Below the pieces are notes generated by a model. The model was not told where the DNA came from. It saw only the letters and a list, made by a program, of their open reading frames with translations, and searched no databases. Shown here one piece after another: positions 30,201 through 45,200 of a stretch of DNA of 64,000 bases (position 1 is the stretch's first letter; each line of letters starts with the position of its first letter). The position numbers were made by a program, and so were the translations under genes. This DNA comes from Perna viridis (lineage: Eukaryota). The stretch lies in assembly GCA_037379345.1 (NCBI GenBank), contig CM074521.1, forward strand, positions 27,118,704-27,182,703. Reading direction: 5' to 3'.

Positions 30201-33200
30201 TGAACCAACTAAGGGTGTATCTGGCAATCCAACTGCCCAACCAACCCCAGGTGAATCTGGTAAACCAACTGCTGAACCAACTAAGGGTGTATCTGGCAAT
30301 CCAACTGCCCAACCAACTCCAGGTGAATCTGGTAAACCAACTGCCCAACCAACCCCAGGTGAATCTGGTAAACCAACTGCCCAGCCAACCCCAGGTGAAT
30401 CAGGTAAACCAACTGCTGAACCAACTAAGGGTGTATCTGGCAATCCAACTGCCCAACCAACCCCAGGTGAATCTGGTAAACCAACTGCTGAACCAACTAA
30501 GGGTGTATCTGGCAATCCAACTGCCCAACCAACCCCAGGTGAATCTGGTAAACCTACAGCCCAACCAACCCCAGGTGAATCTGGTAAACCAACTGCTGAA
30601 CCAACTAAGGGTGTATTTGGCAATCCAACTACTCAGCCTCCTTATGGTAAATATATGTCATACAAGAATAAAGAGTCATTAAACATTTCTTATTATATGG
30701 ATAACTGAATGATTAAGCTCATGTAGAAGAAAGTCTTATATGCAAAAAGAACAGTTGCAACTGAATTTTACTTTGCTATTTGAAGTTCTATGAGTATATA
30801 CATATGCACTAACAAATTTAGATTTATCTTCTCTTAATTGATACTCCAAATTCTTTACTATGAAAGAAAATTCACTTGAAAGTATTAATACTATCCCTAA
30901 GCTTATAATCTTTGTTTTTTTTTTAAAGAATGTACTGAGGGTATGACCATTGGAACACCGTTGCCAATGAAAAATGAGCAGATGACTGTTTCTTCAAGTT
31001 TAACCCCTACATCAGGCCCTGATCGATCCCATCTGACCCAAATGAGCCACAACAAGGAGACAGGAGGTTGGGTTGCTGGATCAAACAGTCCAAATGAATT
31101 CATTATGATCAACTTCAAGAAACAGATGCTGATTGATGGAATAACAACCAAAGGTCAAGCTGGTCAGCCATCTTGGATTACATCATTCAAAGTTTTCTCC
31201 TCAACGGATGGGAAAACATTTGAACCTTACAAGGAGAATGGAAAACAAAAGGTTTGATTCAAATCCATTAAATAAATTTTTTTTTCACCATTTTTGAATG
31301 GAAAACTTCTTAACTGACTTGTCAAGGATTTCTTCTAGGAATTTTACAGTTATTTTTATGCCCCATATTTTTAACGACTTAATTGTACCTTGCTTGGCAT
31401 TTTGTGGATGACTACCTAATTGGCAATCATACCACATCTCCTATGATTATATTTTAAGTGCAGTAGATTGGTTTCAGTTGAGTTATCTGGTTGCACAAGA
31501 AATGGATTGTAATTATATTTGGTAGAGTATTTGTCTGTCAAAGTCGCTTCTTTTTCCTCCTTGTTTTCCTCTTTTGTTTCAATATCTCAGGGTTATTGAA
31601 CTTAGAATACGAAGATGGAAAAAGGGGAGGGGAGAGGGATGGTGGAGCTTATCAATTGCTTTAGCTAAATTGCTTTATAACCTTAATGAAATAATTTTGT
31701 TTTAATGGAAACCTGGTCATGTGTCCTAAAATAAAACAATTCATTCTTAGGTATGGCATTATTAAATCCAAGTTATTTGAATTTCAGGTATTATCTGCCA
31801 ATTTCGATAGTGAAACACCAGTTCACCAACAATTCCATAAGCCTATTTATGGACAGTATGTTAAGCTTGTACCTGTCACATGGAATGGTGCCATTGCTCT
31901 CAGATGGCAGTTGTATGGATGCACTGGTAAGATCATTTGGGAATTTATTTTGCGACAAAACTTTAAGACTCTTACTCAATGCAAACTAAAGATACCTCAA
32001 ATTTCAAAAATTCTTTTAAAAACACATCTGTTCAATTGGATTTTTTTTTGTGTGTATGTGAAATAAGCTTTATTTGCAATCATGGCATTTCATATCAGTA
32101 TAAATTTTGTTAATCATTCAATGCTTACCATATAAATATTTTTTTTAAGTGACATGTTAAAGATAAAAAAATAATTCGGATAGGTATTTTTCAAGTCATC
32201 ATTTATGACATACACATTTTTTTTTTTCGTTTTTTTTCCCCTAGTACCAATTTGGTCCCATTGCTGCAATAAAATATTTCACTAATGTTCAAATTCTGTG
32301 AAACAATATGACACTCACAAAAGCACAAAAAAATGAGAAGGAAATGTAACACAGGGACAAGACCTCTTCAAATTAATGACAAAAGAAGAAAGTTCTTTTT
32401 ACATATTATTGACAGAACTTTTTTGAATTTTCTGGTTGAAATAATAAATCCATGAAAACTACACTAATATCAAAAGTACAAACATTTTGGGAAGCCTTGA
32501 CAGCACTTTCCACAAAATCACTGTTCTACGATACTCACAAAGTGGGAAAATCTCCAACTACAGTGATGAATCTAGGAGGAGGGTTTCAGTTGTTGGAACC
32601 CCCCTTTTCGTATGACAATTTGTTGATTTTTGCTAATAATTAAGGCAGACTGATTGCATGAACTCCCTTTTTTTTCCCGACTGAAATATTTCTTGATATG
32701 CTTCTGAAATATATCATCTTAGTCAATGTATGGCATGTTTATTCCCTGCTCAAGGCTTTCATGCTCCTGTGAAAGGATGACGTCTGCTTCTGTAAGTTGA
32801 GAGAATTAAACAATCATTCTGGCAGATAAAGACATCATGGACTTAGCCAGATTCTTATTTATCATTCTGGTTGTGACATCATGGAGATAATGTATTACTT
32901 AATGATAAATGATTCAGATTGTTACTTAATTTTAAAACAGATATTGACCATTAAGAATGAAATATTGTTGTTAATCTGCTGCACTGGAATGACCCTTTGA
33001 CCTTAACTCCTTCATTGTTCAGATCTGGTAGGATCACTGTTCTGTGCTAAATAAATAACTACACAATACCACTTGTTTAATGACTTATGTTTGACCACTC
33101 TCTCATTATAGGATACAAAAAAAAAATGTCTTGATGGCTTTTATATTTGGTACTTTCTTATTTTTTATGGAAGGGAATTTTCAATTGCTTTTTTTTACAA

Positions 33201-36200
33201 TTATTTTCTCGGAATCTTGGAATTTTTTCACTTATGAACTATGGGATAAGCATATAATGTACTGCTTTACAGTTGTTTATTATTTTCTCCAGCTTAGGAG
33301 GAGATTCAGTTTAGGGAAATAAGAAATTTATAGCTTTGTGCAAAACACATTTCTGATGTGTGTTTACATGTATTTCATTAAAGGAATACAGATTGTGCAA
33401 GAAACAACAGTATCACCAATCCCAGGTAAAACTGGTGTGCCAACTGCTTCACCTACTGGTGAAATTAACAAATCACCAACTCCCTCACCTACTGGTGAAA
33501 TTAATATATCACCAACTGCCTCACCAACTGAAGGCATAAACAAATCACCAACTGCCTCACCAACTGGTGAAATTAATATATCACCAACTGCCTCACCAAC
33601 TGAAGGAATTAACAAATCACCAACTGCCTCACCAACTACTGGAGTTGATGTAACACCAACTGCTTCACCAACAAGTGATGTCAATGGCAGTCCAACACCT
33701 TCAGCAACTGGTTTTGCAAGCCGCAAGACTACCTCTGGCACTTCACATGTGACTTGCACTGATGGCTGGTCGGACTGGATAAACAAAGACACTCCAGACA
33801 CTGGTGATGGTGATCATGAAGTGATGACAGCTGTGGAGAAAATGGCTTTCTGCAAAGATGGTAAAATAATGGATGTAGAATGTGCCACCAAAGATGGAAC
33901 CCCATATGACTCCACTGGTGAAATTGCCACATGTTACACTGACACTGGTTTCATTTGTAACAATATGGATAATGATTTCACAGGTGGATCATGCTCAGAT
34001 TACAAGATCAGATACAAGTGCAAGTGTGCTGGTAAGACATTATTATTGATTTGTAGTACAGTCGAACCTTGATGTGTTGAACTCGGATTAGTTGAAATCT
34101 CGGATAACTCGAACTAATTACAAAGTCCCAGCAAAACTCCCCTTACTCCAATACAATTTTACCTTGGATGAATTGAAACCTCGGATAACTCCAGGTAATC
34201 AATCAGTCCCCTCGATAGGACTTCGAGGTTAATTAACCCTGATGTCTTAAAGTCAACTAATTAGTCGGAAAACTGATTGTTTTATTAGAAACCATGATCG
34301 ATGTGAGTTTTAACAACAGTTAGCGTGGCTATTAAAATTAATTTGTTGACACTCTTTATGGTTTGCTTTGTTTATTTAATTAATTTAAAACTGCGCTCAT
34401 TGTTAAAAGAAACGAATTTTATTGATAACATGTCGGAATTTACACTAACAGTGATATCGGATATTTTGATTTTGAAATTTTTTTTTTAAAATACAGATGA
34501 ATTGTAATGGTATCTGACTATTTAATGTTACATCAAACAGACGATAGTAAAGAGTATTTCAACGACTACATTCGTTTCACTAGTGAATCTGAAATTTTAT
34601 CGTAATATTGTAGAGCACATGGTTTGACAATACTCCTGATTGTGAATCAAATAAGGCAGCATGTTATGAACTATAGCATTTTTGATATAGAAAAAATAAA
34701 AAGGAAATTTCATTAAAACACCCCCTGCCATTCAATATTTTAAACATGTTATATATACAAAAAAAAATTTCTTCCGATATGAAACGCATGACATTACAAA
34801 GTACTGTGTAAAATGAAGCACATGTGAATGTACAAGCATAACAAATGATGTAACTACAGAAACAATCATGGACCAAACTACTTGTATTTCCGGTTTACTC
34901 TCGACCTTAGATTACTTGAACCTCGGATAACTCGAACATTTTTGCATGGTCCCGTCGACTTCGACTTATGGAGGTTTGACTGTATTTTAGGATGAGTATT
35001 TTTCTGATGCTGACTGGTAGGGTAATGTTTTTCAAAATCTAGACATTTAGTAGTGGTGGCTTTTATTTTCAAAGAATTTATCTGTGAAAATTGTAAAAAA
35101 AAAATGCTTGCAAGCTTTTATTATTACACTTTTTCTTGAATGTTGTGAGAATAGCAAATATTAATATCACAGCCCATAGAAATTTCCCTCCAATGGAAGA
35201 GTACATGAAAAATTGTAAATATTTAACATTATACAAAATTTATTCCCTGATACTTCTCCCAACATACTTACATACATATTGTTTTGTATTTTATACCTAC
35301 AGCTTTGAGTGTGGAAGATGATAATGATCATCATGATCATGGTATTCATCTGTTCATCAGTTATTTTTTTCACACCTTTTTTGTTACTGTTTAAACTGAA
35401 ACTACTTATTACAGTCTTGATATTTTGACAGAAGCTTTATATAGGCATGTCATATTGTTAGACTAACTTTCAGACTGAACTGACATCACATTCTTTTTCG
35501 ACAACTTTTTTATAGTTTGACTTTGTTGTTTGTTTTTATGATTTCTATTGAAAGTTTTGTTTGTTTATTTCCATTCAGAACCAGCAACTACAGTTTCACC
35601 AATTCCTGGTGAGCACAAGTCTCCTACTGCATCTCCTACTGGTATCACACAGAGCACACCTACACCGGCACCAACTAGCTTTGGCCAGAGTTCACCAACT
35701 CCAGCACCAACAAAATGTGTCACCAGATGGTCAACCTGGATCAACCGTGACAGGCCTACCACCAACAATGGTGATTATGAGAATTTAACTCCAGATGAAA
35801 TTAAGAAATTCTGTCCAGGTGGAACAATTAAAAAAGTTGAATGTCAAACTTCAAGTGGAATTCCATTCGAAAGTACTGGAGCCATTCAGCACTGTTCTGT
35901 TGAAAGAGGATTGATTTGTAACAATGCTGATAATTTCCCTGTAGGTTGTGATGATTATTCAATTAAATACTTCTGTGTTTGTAGTGGTAAGTACACTTAA
36001 TAGTTCATGAATATCTTTGTTTTTCCATCATGGATAACAATAGTTCTATTTTATGGTAACATTGTTTTTTTTTTGTTTTTTTTTTAATATCAGTTTTCTT
36101 TTGGATTTACATCACTTCAATAAACCTATTTCTTATGTTAGAATTACAAGTAGCTATGAATCTGAAAACCAAACTTACAAACAATATATTAAAATTGTAC

Positions 36201-39200
36201 TTTAATTGTTTTGTAGAAAGTCCAACAACTGCTGGGCACATTTCTCCAACCCTTTCTCCAACACTTGTCCCAGTTACACCAACCAATAACATACCAGGTA
36301 AACTAAAACTTTTCTATACTTGGGTTTTATCAGTCCTTGTCATATAAACTGCACAAAAGCTTATTTTTATGTTAACAATTTGTGCAGTCTACTTTTCAGT
36401 TTGTTTGGAGAAACAAGCTGTGATTTAATATGCAAAGTGTGTGAAAGAATGAAATATAACTCAGTTTATCTGCGACTTTAATGTTTTTCATTGTTCTTAC
36501 TGCCTGATATTTTCTATATCAGGCTGCTACCGTGGTCCTTATAAATATTAGCAATATCCAATGACAGTTTTACATCAAATTGACTGTAATGTTACCTATA
36601 AACAGAAAATGTCAGTTTTGCACTTCTCCATAGAACATTACATTTCGTCTTATTTGGCTTACTGTGATATTTTCTGCCTAAATTTAAAAATTGCCATTAT
36701 TCAATATAAAACTTACTGAACTGAATCCCTTTAATGTTTATGGTCTTCGAATTACCATTATAGGACTTAAGTTATATGTTATCAGGGTTTTATATAGTTG
36801 GGTATCTCTGTAAAATTATTGTATACTTACAGTGGACTGTAAGACGGCCCTAGGTATGGAAAATGAGGGCATAAGAGCTGAGATGATCTCAGCCTCCTCG
36901 TCAAGAAGCCCAAGTACAAGACCAGAGAACGCCCGTCTTAATGGACCAACAGCATGGGTTGCTGGTGTTGAAAACAAAAACCAGTATGTACAAGTAAACT
37001 TCCTGCAGCCAACATATGTGACTGGTGTTACAACACAAGGAAGACCAACTGTGCCATCTTATGTGACTTCATACTTTGTTATGTTCTCAAGCGATGGTGT
37101 CAACTGGAATACTTATATGGAGAATGGACAAAAGAAGGTAAATATAGTTATTATACCTACTGTCTTGTGAGAGTGATTTGTCTATCTGATGGTCCTTCCT
37201 TTAATCTATTTATCAGGCCACTACTTTTTTGTTTTTTGTTTTGCCAATACTTATCTTAGATTCTTTGTATTTGGACAGAAGATTTATATGCCATGTCATG
37301 CCATTCAGTCTGAATTATGTAGAGCAATTTACCAAGTATTTATAATTGCAAGTTTCTTCATATAAACTGAGAGTACCTAACACCAATTTTTTTTTTATTT
37401 CAGCAGTTTAATTGAAAATGAAAACTGATATTCCTTTATACATGTACCAACGTATTATCTAATTTCAGCAATTCAATGGAAACTTTGATTCCCTTACCGC
37501 AGTAACACATTACTTTACCTCCCCCATCAGAGCCCAATACATCAGAATCAACCCACAGACATTCTATACCAAGATGGCTATGAGGTTTGAAATCCAGGGA
37601 TGTTTCGTACCATATCCAAGTAAGTTATGACAAAATATTGGGACAGAAATTGTGTTTTTTTACTTGTTTGTCTGTCTGAATGTGACATAAATTTTCAAAA
37701 AATATTTCTATGATACTTCTTAGATAAGAATTAAACATTGCAGTAGTAAAAAACAATTTTTAAGTTGGGTGGGAATGTCCAATACAGAAATATGTAAATG
37801 GACATTATCTTTTTAAATTTTAAACCAAAAAACTTACTTCCTTCAATTTTGGGATTAAGCTTCTGTGAAAGTTAACTGCATCATAATTGAGAAAAATCAT
37901 TTCTCCAAATGTCAGATTTTGAAAATGCTTGTCTTAGAGTACTATTTATCTTTATAAAAAAACAGCTGCCAAGCCAACACCTTCACCAACTACTCCTCCA
38001 ACACAGACCACGACGGTTTCCTTTGGCGTACCAACCAAGCCTCCTACTCCTCCCAAACATACCATTAATAGTAAGTATAAAAAACTTTTATTGAAGTGGG
38101 GCATAATCAATTTATCATGATAAGTTGCCCCATATCTGCTCCTTTAAAGAAACTTGTTGGTTGAAACCCAAAATTGAGCTATGTTAAGTAGAGAAATCTT
38201 GTAATCCTCTCGAGACTGAAGGAGAATCTATATTTATCACTATTTTGTTTAAAATCCATTTGATCTTGCTATACGATAATTTTCAATCTCACGCCAGTCG
38301 AGTGAGAATGGAAATTATCGCCAGTTTCTATGTCCTCGCATGACATACAAGCAACAGCATAGGAATATTTGACGACCCAAACAACCGTCTCTTTGTTAAC
38401 TGCATATGAAATAATGGCTAATTTGTGGCAATATTGTCTAGTCTACAATGGAAAATGATTAAATACAGTAACTTACCCAATTAGAATGAATAAATCTCAA
38501 AATTATTCCACAAATATTAAACTCGACCATCATGTAGTTAACCGATTTTTTTTTCAAATAATGTGTTTCACAGCTGCATAACATATGTGACGTCATGTAG
38601 TATGTGCCAAAAAATAGTCCCGAAAGGAAATTTTGCAGCACTTATAAACTTACATATTAAACCTTACAATTCAGCAAAACAGCAATAAACAGATTATTTA
38701 ATATTTTTTCAACTCACGGGAGTTTCTCATTCTCATCTCGTTGAAAAAGTATTAAATAATCTAATATTCTCTATGTGAGATGGTAAAGTTTAGATCGAGA
38801 TTAAGGGGAGGTTTAGCAAGCTGTTAATTTTGAAGTTATTGTATGCATTTTTTCAATTTTTAACATACTTCACAGTATTTAGAAGAGTCGATAAACTGAA
38901 GTACTAAAGAGGAAAATATGTGAGAAATACCAAAAAAGTCAACCAATAAAGAATAAGTACATGTAACACAACACAAAGGAACTAAAAAGTACAAGTGAAA
39001 ACTAACGCTTACCAGAAAATAACACATGTGCACCCACCAGATTAGTTGTAAGTTCAGAGATGCATGTTAATGCAGCTCATGCAAGTTTGGGGGATGGGGG
39101 ATCACATTGAAAGTCCGTCTGTTTGTTCATATTTTTTCTAAACTAATGTAATGTCTTAAATGTCTTGTTAAATGTGTATTTACAGTCGAGGAATGTACAC

Positions 39201-42200
39201 AGTGGGATCAATGGGTCAACTTGCATTCACCAGCACCAGGTGGTAATGGTGACAGAGAGCCAATTGATGAAGTCAAGAAACACTCCCCAATCTGTCAAAA
39301 CCCAATGAAGATTGAATGTTTGACTGCAACCGGAGCTAAACCTGATGACTTAGGTCAAATAGTGACCTGTGACCTTTGGCATGGCTTAGAATGTGACAAC
39401 ATGAACCAGTTTAGCCCGAGTGGATGTGATGATTACAAAGTCAGACTGGCTTGTTTGAAACATACACCAGAGTGCAGTAAGTTTTTTTACTGTATTAGTT
39501 ACTGTGGTGTTTGCCTGTATTGTTTCTCCATAATTTGTTCTGATTATTACTGCAAATTACTTGATACTGATTCTGACTCTGAATAGAAAAGTCTGTGTAT
39601 AAGGATCAATGAATCATGCAGATAATCATGAGCAGATAATATGCATTATGGTTAAAATTGCAGAATGTTAAAGAATTTGGTGAAAATTCTGAAGCTGAAG
39701 AATTTAGCAATTTTTTATTAACTTATTATGGAATGGATGGTAACTTGACATAGGCATAGGTTTTATTTTTAGGTTTGCCATACGGTCAGTTTTGACCTCC
39801 AGCAAGACATCCAACAAGACATCCAACAACCTCCTGTTTGAGGACTCAACTTACATTTCTGACCATATTTTGACTATGTTATCATTGTTTTACTTTTACT
39901 ACAAACTGGTCTTTATTATTTTACTGCATTCTTTGCTTTGAGTAAAATAAAGCAGCATGAATAGCTAGCCTGTGGTAAAACAATGATAAAAAGGAGTTTC
40001 TGGGAATTATTTCCTTATGTCTCTTTTTTGATTCAACTGTAGGGTCATTGACCCATGGGATCATCAGGATTCCAACATTATTCCTTTATTTTAATGAAAA
40101 GTGGGTATCAGATGACATCTTATTTTTTTTTTTTTTTTTTTGCAGTACCTCCAACACCTGTTATATCTACTCAAGGAGCTCACCATACAACTCGTAAGAT
40201 CCCAGTGACACCAATAAAGAACATTGCCAAATGTTATGAGGAAATGAATACAGACAACTGCCCACCATCTTGTCCAACTGGTTTGTACTGTGATGGGCAA
40301 AAATGTGTACAGAAGTCTGAATGTACTTGTATGATTCATGGCCAGATTGTCATGGTAGGTATTTTAAGTACAGTGGTTGTATGACCATAATGCTTTTTAC
40401 TCCTTTGAAAAACAGCTCTTCACTGGTATGCAAAACAAATTTTTTGTCGTGCCCTCTCTGGGACTTGAACTTGTACCGCTGTGACATCTACGGCAACACC
40501 GCCTGCATTTATATATATAAGGTGATATCTCTCTCTTTACCTAACCCTTTTGTACCTTCAAGATTTGTTTAATGATAATGAATTAGTTTTCTATAGGGTT
40601 GAAGGATGGGGGAACATGGGTGACTAATGGCTGCCAAGACTGTAGATTGAAGTTTATAACATTTATGAATAGTGTCCTTGATGTTATATTATAGTTGCCT
40701 CGTTCAGAGTAATGTATCTTTCTTTTTTTTGTAGCCCAATCATATTGTACCAGGACCACAGTGTTCAACCTGTCAATGTGTCAATGGAGAGAGTAAATGT
40801 ATACCCAAATCTTGTCCACCATGTCAAAAGGTCAGTAATGTTAATCACATGACTTATCATGAATATCAGTTTTTTTATACATTACCATCGAATTGCAGTA
40901 AGAATATAACACTGCTGAGACTGTTAGAAATCATAGGTGTTCTAGAGCTTAAACATTAATCTGCCAGGTTACGAGAATACAATGTATTAAGTACTATTCT
41001 GGGTAAAAATCAGGCAATGGGTAGAATATCATAATTCTCAATTTGGTCTTTTTTGCCTCAGATATGTTCAATACATCTAGAAAGCAACTGAAAAGCTATT
41101 TAAATTTATCCTAAAGCATCTGTTTCATATAGATATTTTATGACTGCTTATATAAAGAAAAAGTGCTGGAAATTTTTTCTGCAATATTCCCATAATGCTT
41201 TTCAACAAATTTTTTTACCTATCAATATCTTAAATGCAAATTTTACAAACACTTTGATTATTTCTGGAGGTTATCAGGAATAAATACTTGTTTTATGCAA
41301 TAAAATATCTACGTTTTTTTGGTTCATGTGCCACACCTTGAATTTTCTTGTGGTGTTTCTGATAATTATTTTTTCAAGTCAGGTAACAAAATAAATTTAC
41401 ACTAAGAGAACTACCTTAAGTGGAGTTCCAATTTTTCCAAACATATTAACTGATAAACAAAAACATAAATATACAAAACACAGATACAACCGAGAAACCC
41501 AACAAAGGGTGAGCTCAAGTGCTCTGGAAGGGTAGCTGTTCCTGCTTGTTGCAAGATGCCCACCATGATAATTTCTTTGAAAAGTGATACTAAAAAATAA
41601 GTACCTTCATTGTAACTGATTTTTATAACCCCACTCAACAAGATGGTGGTATATTGGAATCACCTTGTCCTTCATTCCATCCGTTGGAAATTTCATCAAA
41701 ATTATCTTGACTCCAAATGGATGGATTGTTTCAAATTTGGTTTGTTGCTTAATATAGATGGAGCATATGTTGTAAGTGATTTATGTTGCTGGCTGATATC
41801 AACTTCCTGTACGAGTGGGGTATACATAACATGACAATGCGTGCAACTTAGTGTTCTTCATTATGAAAGTTATACATAAAACATTTCTTGATTGATTCTT
41901 ACAATTAAAAATAATCTATAATTTTTTAGGATGAGTCCAAATATGTCAATGTTACTACCTGTGAATGTACATGTAAGACATGTGCAGACAACGAATTCCG
42001 TTGTGGCAATAATATGTGTATACCAAAACCACAGAGGTGTGATGGGGTCATTGACTGTAACACAGATGAAATTAATTGTCGTAAGTAAATTCTGCTCTAT
42101 GTTTAAGTGATATGTTTGTATCATATTCAATTTCACCAAAGCTTTCGTTTGAAGCAGAATAAAATGAATCCAAGTTAATTAGATGCTTACATAAGATTAA

Positions 42201-45200
42201 TTTTTAAGAGTTGTGTCCCTTACCCTAGGTCTACCTCCTTAAGTTGATAATTTTCCAGAGGAAGAATATTCTGCAGCATGTTTACTCCCCATTGTAATAT
42301 TCTACAGGAAGTAATGTTTGTTTTTTGTTTCTCTGAAAAGGTAATAAAAATATATCATTACATTTTCAAGAATTGATATGACCAAATGTTTACCAATGAG
42401 GGAAGAAGCTATGTGTAATCCAATAAAATATGACGTTGTTGATTATGCATCACTATGTTGTTACATCACTGATGTTTTGATCAACAGGAATTTGCAGGAC
42501 TTCCCATGACACACACTGTGCGTCTGCATTAAAAAAAAAGCAACCAGGTCCTAACTGCTTACACCATTTCCACAATATATCACTTCAAAAATATTTTTTG
42601 GTCAGTTTTGTTTCATAGCATGTTTTGCTATCACTCCATCCCCATAAATTGATTAATTGCAGAAATTTCATGAAATCTCTCTCATTGAGCTTTACATGAA
42701 ACTGACATGAGTTAAACCATAATTTATGTGATATTCCCATGAATGCTTGGTTTATGTGAATTTTTATGTGAAATTTGACAAAGCTTTGCTCAATGCAGAT
42801 ACAAATAATATGAAACTACAGTGTTTTTGATGAATGATAACTCATGCAGGTTGACTGTAATTTTGTTGCAGTTCCAAGATGACTTCATTTACAATATAGT
42901 TACTATAAATTTCTTTGCAGCAACACGGCTACCTTTCACTCCACCAAACAAAGTAACTCCTTCTCCAACACCATCACCTACGACATTACCTCCAACCTAT
43001 CGTAAGTGTAACCACCTACAACATTACCTCCAAGCTGTCGTAAGTCTAACCACCTGCAACATTGCCTCCAAGCTGTTGTAAGTCTAAATGTCTACAATGT
43101 TACCTCCAAGCTGTTGTAAGTCTAATTGCCTACAACGCTACCTCCAATCTGTCGTAAGTATAATGCCTACAACATAACCTCCAAGCTGTCATAAGTCTAA
43201 CCACCTACAACGCTACCTCCAAACTGTCGTAAGTGTAAGCACCTACAACGTTACCTCCAAGCTATCGTAAGTATATAATTTAGTTTGATTTATAATATGT
43301 TTTCTGGTTTGTTGCCCTGAGATCCAAGGAATTAACTTTGAAAGACATCATTCTAGTTTCACCCTCAATTCAATAAAATCAGTGCGAAATATAGTTAGAA
43401 TTTAAAGTACACAATATTTTTTTACAAAAGATTTTGCTAGAATGATGTAATCCTTTTGACTGCAATTATTTTGATAATTACATTTTATTTATATAGTTTT
43501 TAAAACATTTTTATATATGTAAAAGTTAAAGAATTTATTTCAGCCAAATTTTTCACATTTGCAACTAGTAGGCTCATTTTTTTTTCATTGCATGTATTAA
43601 GATTTAATTTTAAGGTTTGGAAAGTACATGTAATTTAATCAGTTAAAATATTTGAATTAAATGCTTTAGAAAATATTCCTTGCCAATATTGTTTGGACCA
43701 CTCTTTAATTTTTTTCTCTGCTTTCTCATCCTTCTTTTTGGCATTGAGTGGTCGCATTAATAAAAGCTAACTGTGGATTGCATTTGTGCTAACCTCCTTT
43801 TAATTGTGGTGTTACACTTTACTTCTATTGGATAATTGATTGAATTCAAAATAACCTGAAGTTATTTGGAAATAGATATGCAGAGGTGGATAAATCTTCA
43901 TTTTTCACATGTAATTACATTGTATTTTTAAATTTACAACTGAATATTTTAAATTTCCATGTTTTTCCTTTAAAAGATCATTTAGAAGATTCTGAAATAC
44001 AAAAAAATGACTGCAAAATATTTTGATTCAACTTTATATGCTTATTAACTGACGGCATTTATGAAGTATCACTTTGCTACACCTTCTATAGATGTTTGGA
44101 AAATAAAATCAAGAATCTTGTCCAAAATAATTGACTTAAGAAGCTGTATAAACCTAGGAAATTTATGAGTATAAGATGAATGAAATTTTCTTTCAAAAGA
44201 AACTAAGATGTTTGTTTTTTATTTTCAAAAGGTTTTTTTTTATTTTGTTATGATACCATAAACATTCCAGCAAACATGACGATGTTTCAAAACTCGTTAG
44301 ACCACGTCCATGTTTAAAAAAGTGATGAGAATATGACCAGCATTTTGTGCAACAGATAGGCTGCGTCTATTTAATAATATGAAGAAACTATTATTGTTTT
44401 ACTATGGGCTGGCCATTTATGTGAAGTTTCTGTGATTTATTTCTTAATTCAAAATATCATCTAAACATAATAAGAATGAATTCTTTTTTGTAGGTCCTTG
44501 TGTTAATGGTTGGTCTCAGTGGGTCGACGAAAACAACCCTTCAACATATGCCCTTGGTGATAGAGAAAAATCTAGTTCTGAATACCAAAAGGCCACTGGT
44601 TTCTGTTACAAAGGCACAATAAAAAAGGTTGAATGTTGGGATACTGATATTGACGCCGCTCATTTTTCATCTGGGGCAACACTGAGGTGTAATCCAAGAG
44701 ATGGCTTGATTTGTAGCAATGCTGACAACTTCCCTATACCATGTGATAACTACAAGATCAGATACCAGTGTGAATGTGGTATGTCCTTATTTTCTATTCA
44801 CAAGTAGGGGAGCATTTATTTTCAGCTTATTAAACTGATTTTTTTAAGACTAGGTTGACAAGCTATTTCTTGTAACTCAGAACAATATTGGTAGACCAAG
44901 GGAGCAAGGAGAAATTTGTTCTTATATGTTATAAAATTAGACATTTAACAATACTTTTAGAAAAACTGCAATAAAATTTAGGGGCCAACTACCTTTTAAG
45001 AAAAGAAAAAAAACAATGGGCATTCAAATTAGGAAAATAAGTGATATAATTTATTTCTGTAAGTAATATATAGATTCTTTACTATTGAATTTAAAATAAT
45101 TGATGGATTTAAAAGTCACCTCTGTTGATATTTAATGCTCCTGCATATGAAGTGTTTTTGTTGCAGAAATTTTCACTGCTTTTAAAGATATACCAGTCAC

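Noticed and set aside
29216-30682. Long alternative-frame and antisense ORFs (488 aa Q/L/N-rich, 450 aa and 270 aa on the minus strand)
   Set aside because: These are shadows of a 36-bp repeat that lacks stops in several frames. Only the PTS frame joins the flanking CysD domains and splice sites.
40400-40510. Possible tRNA gene on the minus strand
   Set aside because: Only a B-box-like motif and no cloverleaf; treated as a SINE fragment
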